A stretch of DNA of 64,000 nt from Octopus sinensis (lineage: Eukaryota), in contig NC_042997.1 in assembly GCF_006345805.1 (NCBI RefSeq), positions 167,400,001 through 167,464,000 of the forward strand, given 5' to 3'. The translations under genes were made by a program, and so were the position numbers. Below, one piece after another: positions 56,732 through 64,000 of the stretch; position 1 is the stretch's first letter, and each line of letters starts with the position of its first letter. The notes beneath the pieces are model-generated. The model was not told the DNA's origin. It did not search any database and saw only the letters and a program-made list of their open reading frames with translations.

Positions 56732-57626
56732 ATTATTTAGCACCAGGTGAGTTCAAATTCCGCCGAGGACGGCTTTGCTCTTCATCCTTTGGGAGGTCGA
56801 TAAATTAAGTACCAGTGAGACACTCGGGTCGATATCATCGACTAGTTCCCTCCCCATAAATCTGAGGCCTTGTGCCTCCAGTAGAAAGGATTATTTAGCA
56901 CCAGGACGGTGAACAGCTGGCAGAGTCATTAGCACACCGGATAAAATGCTAAGCGCAATTTCGTCTGCTCTGAGTTCAAATTCCGCCGAAGTTGACTTTG
57001 CCTTTCATCCTTTCGAAGTCGATAAAATAAGCGCCATTTGTGCACTGAGGTCGATATAGTTGACTTACATCGCCTCCCGAAATTGCTGGCCGTGTGCCAA
57101 AATTTGAAACAATTATATAGCGCTAGGAAGGTGCCGAGTTAGCAGAGTCGTTAGCACGCTGGACAAAATGTTTAGCGCCATTTCGTCCGCTCTGAGTTCA
57201 AATTCCGCCGAAGTTTGACTTTGCCTTTCATCATTTCGTGTTCAATGAAATAAGTACCACTTGTGCACTTGGGTCGATGCAATCGACTAGCCTCTCCGCC
57301 AAATTTCCTGTTTTGTGCCTGTAGTAGATAGGATTATATAGCATCGGATCCACCGAGGTCGAATTTGTCTATCATCCTTTCGGGGTCGGTAAAATAATTA
57401 CCAGTTAAGTACTTGCATCAATATAATCGACTTGCACCTCCCCTCAAAAGCGGCTGATCCTATGCCAAAACTTGAAAACGTTACTATTTAGCACCAGGTC
57501 CGCCGAGATTGACTTTGCCTTTTCTCCTTTAGAGGTCGATAAATAAGAACCAGGTTAATGTTATCGATTCGCTCCCCAAAATTTCAGGTCTTGTACCCAT
57601 AGTGGAAAGGATTATTTAGCCCCAAG
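56732..57626 (+). repeat. Head-to-tail array of five S1 SINE copies separated by a recurring ~16-bp linker
   Basis: Linker ATTATTTAGCACCAGG-like at 56732, 56890, 57112, 57333, 57483 and 57611. Confidence 0.8.
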
Positions 57627-57983
57627 TCAACCCTGACTGAACAGACCTATGATTATAAGGACAAAAACATTCCCGTTACGTTGCACCTTTGTATATTTAA
57701 GTTTATATTGTCAAATGTATCCTCCCTGACTAAAGATCCTAAGGAATACTTTGAGGGAATTTTTCCATTTCTCGCAGATTGGGGAACTTCACGGAGGCTT
57801 TCTATATTCATTGCACCTTGGGCGACTGTCTTTTACTATAGCCTCGGGTCGACCTAAGCCTTGTGTGTAGATTTGGTAGACGGAAACTGAAAGACGTCCG
57901 TAGTATATATATATATATATATATATGTTTATGTTTTCCAGTTTCAGCTCTTGAGCTGTGGCCGTGCTGGGGCACCGCCATTA

Positions 57984-58083
57984 NNNNNNNNNNNNNNNNN
58001 NNNNNNNNNNNNNNNNNNNNNNNNNNNNNNNNNNNNNNNNNNNNNNNNNNNNNNNNNNNNNNNNNNNNNNNNNNNNNNNNNNN
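57984..58083. other. Assembly gap (100 N) between S2 SINE fragments
   Basis: Run of N. Confidence 1.
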
Positions 58084-58822
58084 AACAGTGCGGCAAAAAG
58101 AAACCGATAGAATAAATAAGAGGCTTACAAAGAATAAGCTCTAGATCGATTTCTTCGGCTAAAAAGAAACTTTTTTAAGGCAGTGCTCCAGCATAGTCTC
58201 CGTCAAATGACTGAAACAAGTAAAAGAGTATAATGCATGAATTTTGAGTTTATGACTTGGATTCGATGCAAGACTACAACTACTTTTCTTAAGCGCCCCA
58301 ATATCAATCTTGTGGAAAAAGAAAGACCGTCACAGTACTTGGTCAGTGAGTTGGCCGTAAAAGTAAAGGACAGGTCTTAAAGACGGAGTGTGTCAAGGTT
58401 CGATTCCTGATTCTAGAGATGTATGATCAAAGTGCATTCCAGGACAGAGGGTATTATTTTTAGATACAGTGATTCTTGGATCACATTATCCAATACTTTT
58501 TTTTTAACAACAGTGGGAGATGTTTTGAAGGGGATTTGATTACATTTTCTTGTAGGTTCTCTTGTTGGCTCAAGTTTGTGCGTGTAGGTGATTGGTGTAA
58601 AGAAAGTTATATGCTTTTGGTAAACAAAGCCGACAATCAAGTCTTTAATTCCCATTTAAAGCAAAAAGTACTTCACTTGCTTTCCTAATATTCGAAAGAA
58701 AGACATAACCATCATACATTCGGGATTTTGAGACGACCAAGTTCTATAAGGAACGCAATGAGAATCAAAACCACACTCCTTATTCCATTACCTTCCACGA
58801 AAAATCGATCTCGGCACATGGC

Positions 58823-58898
<76 letters not shown>

Positions 58899-58940
58899 TG
58901 TGTGTGTGTGTGTGGTGTGTGTGTGTGTGTGTGTGTGTGT

Positions 58941-58971
<31 letters not shown>

Positions 58972-60425
58972 TGTGTGCGTGCGCGCGCGCGTGTGCGTGC
59001 GCGTTATTTTTGTTTATTTATTTACTCTCAAATTTTGCTGCATTGAACCAAATATCAAAACAGCTCCAGCAAGTAATTTTCTGTTAATCTTTGGCCCGGA
59101 AACACAGATGCAATAAACAAGTGCAATGTGTTTGGCTACATACAGACATAAATGCTGATTATTTTAAATATCTTCCACTTTTTCCCCTTTTTTTATATAT
59201 ATATTTTGTCAGACCGAAATATCGGTGACATGATGACTTTCCAGTTTTCTTACTTCTCAATATATTTGCCATAGGGAATTAATCTTGATATTTGATTATG
59301 TATAACTAGTTTCCGCTGAAACCTTTAACATTATTTATCAAGTGAGAGCATTTTTGCTATAATTACATCGTTCAGTTAGTCTACTACCATCAGCTGGTAA
59401 TTTGTAGCCAGTTGTTGCGTAGTGTTTTTTAAATTACTTTACGAAGACAATCCTATGAAGACCAGATTATTCATTATATGAGAATAATGGACTCATACCT
59501 GGCTATTTATATCCTTACCTTTATAAGTTCGGCATTTCTTTTTACTTCATTTCTTTGTCTTATTTTTCTTCACCATTCTTTGTCTCTCCCCACTCTCATT
59601 CTATCTGTCTATCTCTATTATCTTTCTCTCACTTTCATTTTCTTCCTCTCCTCTCCTTCCTCTTTCTTTCTCTCTTTGTCTTTCTCCGCTCTTTCTACCC
59701 CTCGCTTTCGCCTTGCCGTCACCTTTCTAATATCCATATAATAATCATGACAACCTCATTCCTTTTTGGCTAATAGCCAAAACTATCGTTACCCATTCAT
59801 CCGGATCTTTCAGTCATGCTTACTACACCTTTCTTCTCAGAATAAGCAACTGGAATTATCGATATCTTACAACGACACAGTCCCAGTTTTATAGAAGAAA
59901 TTATACGATCTTGCAACATTCATGCCTCTCCTACATCACATTAGTGATCTGTCTTCAACTATCTCAAATGTTTCATTTCACTGTTTTTCAAATGTTTCCT
60001 CTTCGGGATTAGCAGCTCTGAACGATAATTGACCATCAAAGTATCTTAAATTGGTGGGAAGGAGAAAATCTTAACTCGTTAACACTAGTGATAACACTAG
60101 CACACCGTTCCATCAGTTGCAACGACTCTTCTTGTTCTTCCCGACTGATTAAATATGTTCCTTTCTGCACCCAAGCCAACCTGATTCACCAATCGGTTTT
60201 TCTTTCGTTAATCATCAACCGTATTTAATCAACCTTTCCCTCCTGAAACTGCAACCTTCTTAAACTCCTTCTTTGTCTACGTTTTCAAGCCGGATATCAA
60301 GTCTAAGAGAGATTGTGGTAAGTCAATGAAAACTACTCCCTTTTCTCGGAATAAATAACGAAAAAACTCACATCACGAATATCATTTCTTTCTTTCATAT
60401 TTTTCTTTCATATATTCTTTATGTA

Positions 60426-60502
60426 CAAGGTGGCTTCGTCATTCATACGTACCATCCTTGCTACATTCACCCATCTTTTTTTTTGAAACATTCGCTAGAC
60501 AA
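60426..60502 (-). mobile_element. Short fragment of the same Tx1 family as 28565-29184
   Basis: CAAGGTGGCTTCGTCATTCATACGT...CATTCGCTAGACAA matches 28973-29047. Confidence 0.8.
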
Positions 60503-61156
60503 ATCCTGTTATATTGGCATAAAATATAACAGGTCATGTGATCAGAATAAAGGAAGAAGGGCGCTAAAACACTAAAACTAAAATTAAGTGGAGACCGAAT
60601 GAAACAAGATTTCGGGCAGTCTTTATTGAGATGTTGTTTCGAGTTACCGGTTAAAGAAATTTTACTCTCGAAATTAACATGTTGAAACTTTTAAACGTTT
60701 GCTGGGTCAGAGAATAAAATGGGTCAATTTTATATAATGGAATTCAAATTGAGGCAAATTATAACAATCAGAACTTAACTGACTTGTCAAACGGAGGAAA
60801 ACAGGGCCGGAACTTGTACAATTGCATTGAAATACAATCAACTTTAGATATCTGTCTCCGGTTAAGTTAGAATTAATTCCAATGTATCGTAAATTGTCTG
60901 TCGGAGACAGTTCAGTTATTTTTAACAGCTACTCAGCTGGAAGTTGACTTGTTATCCAATCTTGTAAAGCATTTAGTCATGCATTCCTAATGGTAAGACA
61001 TCATTATTATCGTATACATCTTAACTGCCAAATTCGACTCTTATTAGCTGCCAACGATCCAGAATTCAACATCCATACACACACGCACAGATACACAAAC
61101 GCAAACATTCATGCATACACTGCATCGTAAAGTGCTATTGCCTTTGTCGTTATCGT

Positions 61157-61187
<31 letters not shown>

Positions 61188-61531
61188 ATCTTTATTTTCG
61201 TCACCGTCACAACCATCATCATCATAATCATCATCATCATTAACATCATCTGCAACTCATAACAGAGACTTCGTCTACGCAAAATTGTTCGATCGAAAAC
61301 CAATGCAATTTCGCCATTATTTATACATTCTCTGTCAATATACATTGGTGAAAATTACTCACACACGCACACACACAAACACACACATGCAAACACACAC
61401 ACAAACACACACACACAAACACACACACAAACACACACACACACATACACACACATACACAAACACACACACAAACACACACACAACACACACACAAACA
61501 CGTGTGTGTGTATTTATGTATGTGCATATTC

Positions 61532-61740
61532 TTTTATTCTTTTACTTGTTTCAGTCATTTGACTGCGGGCATATTGTTTTTTATGTAGTCGAAGAAATCG
61601 ACCCCAGGACTTATTGTTTGTTAGCTTAGTACTTATTTTATCGGTTTTCTTTTGCTGAACCACTAAGTTACAGTAACGTAAGTACACCAACATCGATTGT
61701 CAAGCGATGGTGGGGACGAACACAAACACAAAGACACAGG
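61532..61740 (-). mobile_element. SINE family S2, 3' half
   Basis: Matches the S2 tail region. Confidence 0.75.
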
Positions 61741-61752
61741 CACATATATATG

Positions 61753-61799
<47 letters not shown>

Positions 61800-61870
61800 A
61801 TATATATATATATGATAAATATACGTCAGGATGTGTTTCCCTGTAAGTTGGATTTACTCCCTAATATTAT

Positions 61871-61914
<44 letters not shown>

Positions 61915-61920
<6 letters not shown>

Positions 61921-62284
61921 AATATACGTCAGGATGTGTTGCAGCTACTGTCTATAACTCGCTCTAAGATTTATTATTGCTTGTTTACACTTTTTCGATG
62001 TCAGTGTCTTTACGATACAGGAAAAAGTATATATATTTGTGAAGGGAACCTACTTTTCATCGGCAACTGTGATTGTCACACGCCGATGACGGGTCAATAC
62101 TCAGAAACTCGAGTCCGTGTGTATCACAAGTTGGAGTCGGGAAGGATGGCTTCCCTTTGCAAATACTGAAAGGGCACAGAAAGTATGTCTAAAGCCAGCT
62201 GGAGGAGGTGTCCTCCTCGGGCTACAGACTACAGTAGCATCCACCCTTAGGGGTTAGCCATATTTAAATGGCAAATATACGTCA
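61915..62284 (+). mobile_element. Non-coding retrozyme-like unit: 353-bp monomer plus 17-bp terminal direct repeat, in (TA)n
   Basis: ATGGCAAATATACGTCA at 61915 and 62268; internal HHR motif; no credible ORF. Confidence 0.7.
62077..62121 (+). ncRNA. Minimal type I hammerhead-like ribozyme (CCGAUGA core)
   Basis: CACACG-CCGATGA-CGGGT(CAAT)ACTCA-GAAAC-TCGA-GTC-CGTGTG: 6-bp helix I, palindromic helix III ACTCGAGT, GUC triplet. Confidence 0.7.
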
Positions 62285-62342
62285 CTATATATATATATAT
62301 ATATACTAAGTATGTATGTATATATCCATATATATATATATA

Positions 62343-62633
62343 TCACCATGATCACCATGACAGACCAGGCTATCAGATGCTGCTACACACCACTGGTCAC
62401 AATGCGTTTCGCATTGTTTTAGCCTTCAAACGGCTAAGTGAGCAGGCCGACAGAAGAAAGAGTGAGAGAAAGCTGTGGCGAAAGAGTACAGCAGGGATCA
62501 CCACCACCCCCTGCCGGAGCCTCGTGGAGCTTTAGGTGTTTTCGCTTAATAAATACTCCCAACGCCCGGTCTGAGAATCGAAACCACGATCCTACGACCG
62601 CGAGTCCGGTAACCACTGGGCCATTGTGCCTCC
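62343..62633 (-). mobile_element. SINE family S3
   Basis: Reverse-complement S3 head and body with a (TGGTGA)/(GATCA)-type tail. Confidence 0.75.
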
Positions 62634-63423
62634 ATATACATATATATATATATATATATACCATGTAAACACGCATACACACATATACAGATTAAAATAT
62701 ACAATGTGTGGGTGCTATATTGGTTCGTGCTTCTTGTTAAACATTAACAGAAACCTTTAATGTTATTATTGTCATAAACACTGACATCTTGAGCTTCATA
62801 TCCGTTCTGTCCTGCCTTAACTATCTCTAACCTTTCCGCTGGAACAGAAATCTGACCACTTTAATGTTACACTACGGCAAAGGTCAATATACTTCAGCAC
62901 TTTATACCTTAATTAATATCCTTATTATTTATTATCACCGCCTTTCTCACTTCCTCTGTTTCTGTCGTTTGTATTGATGCTGATATTGTTTCCATTGTCC
63001 TTTTCCGTTGTCTTTTGCGTCGTCTTTAAGATTTCTTGTTGACATGTTTCCTGAGAAAACTACTGACTGCTAAATAAAGAATATGAAACGCATGGTTAAT
63101 TATACATTCAGGAGGTTAGCGGAGGGAGCTGGCTAAATATAGATGGTCTATTAATATCTTCAAGGTAGACGCCGTCTGCAGATTTTCATGAAACTAAATA
63201 GATACTGTTTGTATATGTTCACTGGAAAGACTGTCTCTGGTTGTTGGTTTCATTACCAATGTCTATATATTTTAGATAAAGATTTATGACCGTCTCTACG
63301 CTATTTATACAGAGTCTGCTAAACACTGTTTAAAGCCGACTTAAAGAATCTATGTGTTGTCCTACTCATTCCGAAGACAAATATTCACAGAGCACATGAT
63401 ATTAATATTCTACCTTCGATATG

Positions 63424-63756
63424 AGACCCCCTTCGGTCATGACTGACCGTGGGATTGCGCCTAGAAAGTTACCCTCCCAGGCACAAGTCCGGGCAAGGTT
63501 GTTTATGGAAGACCAGCAGTCACCCATGCGTACCGGCCTCCCCTCTGCATACCACCAGTGTTATCCAAAGGAAAGGCAACGGCCAATACAGCTTGGCACC
63601 TGTGATGTCGCAACTCATCTCTACAGCTGAGTGGACTGGAGCAACGTGAAATAAAGTGTCTTGCTCAAGAACACAGCACGCAGCCCGGTCCGGGATTCGA
63701 ACTCACGACCTCACGATCGTAAGCTCGACGCTCTAACCACTGAGCAATGCGCCTTC
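63424..63756 (-). mobile_element. SINE family S4
   Basis: Reverse complement of 51909-52247. Confidence 0.85.
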
Positions 63757-64000
63757 ACTATACTGTCACTAAAATGATAAATGAAACCTTTTGTTAGATC
63801 ACAGTCATCAGTTTTACCAGGATTTTCCATCTCATCAGAAAGGACAGAGCTTTAAGGTTCTCACAAAGTTAGCTGTTCTCTGGATATGTGCGACATGATT
63901 GCATTTATCAACGAGAGAAGGAAAGGCACTATTCTGTACAGGGGCAACTTTTGGACATCTATCTGAAACAGAAGTGTGCGTGTGTGTATATGTGTATGTG

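Noticed and set aside
56732-57626. CRISPR-like array
   Set aside because: The apparent spacers are homologous SINE copies of 110-205 bp, the repeats are degenerate, the DNA is eukaryotic, and there are no cas genes.

Overview
AT-rich, microsatellite-saturated animal genomic DNA. The tRNA-derived SINE families and repeat landscape point to an octopus; this is inferred from recognising the repeats, not from a search. I found no intact host protein-coding gene, rRNA, tRNA or CRISPR array, and most listed ORFs are translations of microsatellites. The window is a mobile-element graveyard: about 30 copies of four tRNA-derived SINE families; RTE, CR1/L2, Tx1/L1 and R4/Dong-type LINE fragments; a mariner; a MULE; and hAT and Tc1 MITEs. 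The standout is a set of Penelope-like elements (PLEs) and small non-coding relatives carrying minimal hammerhead-ribozyme (HHR) motifs, which sit in (TA)n tracts. (i) At 18.4-24.8 kb one PLE is nested inside another, giving two concentric inverted repeats (216-bp outer arms, ~1.88-kb inner arms), an open 5'-truncated thumb/GIY-YIG frame, and four HHR motifs. (ii) Two retrozyme-like partial-tandem units (557 bp at 33.6-34.4 kb, 353 bp at 61.9-62.3 kb) each carry an HHR with a palindromic helix III. (iii) There are fold-back palindromes at 35.6 and 42.7 kb and several solo HHR remnants, three of which share a CCGANGA core variant. Other oddities are Tx1 and R4 elements in (GATA)n, an alternating A-B-A-B-A SINE array with a recurring linker, and TTAGGG repeats fused to a SINE tail inside a ~780-bp tandem duplication. 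All alignments, translations and folds were done by eye.
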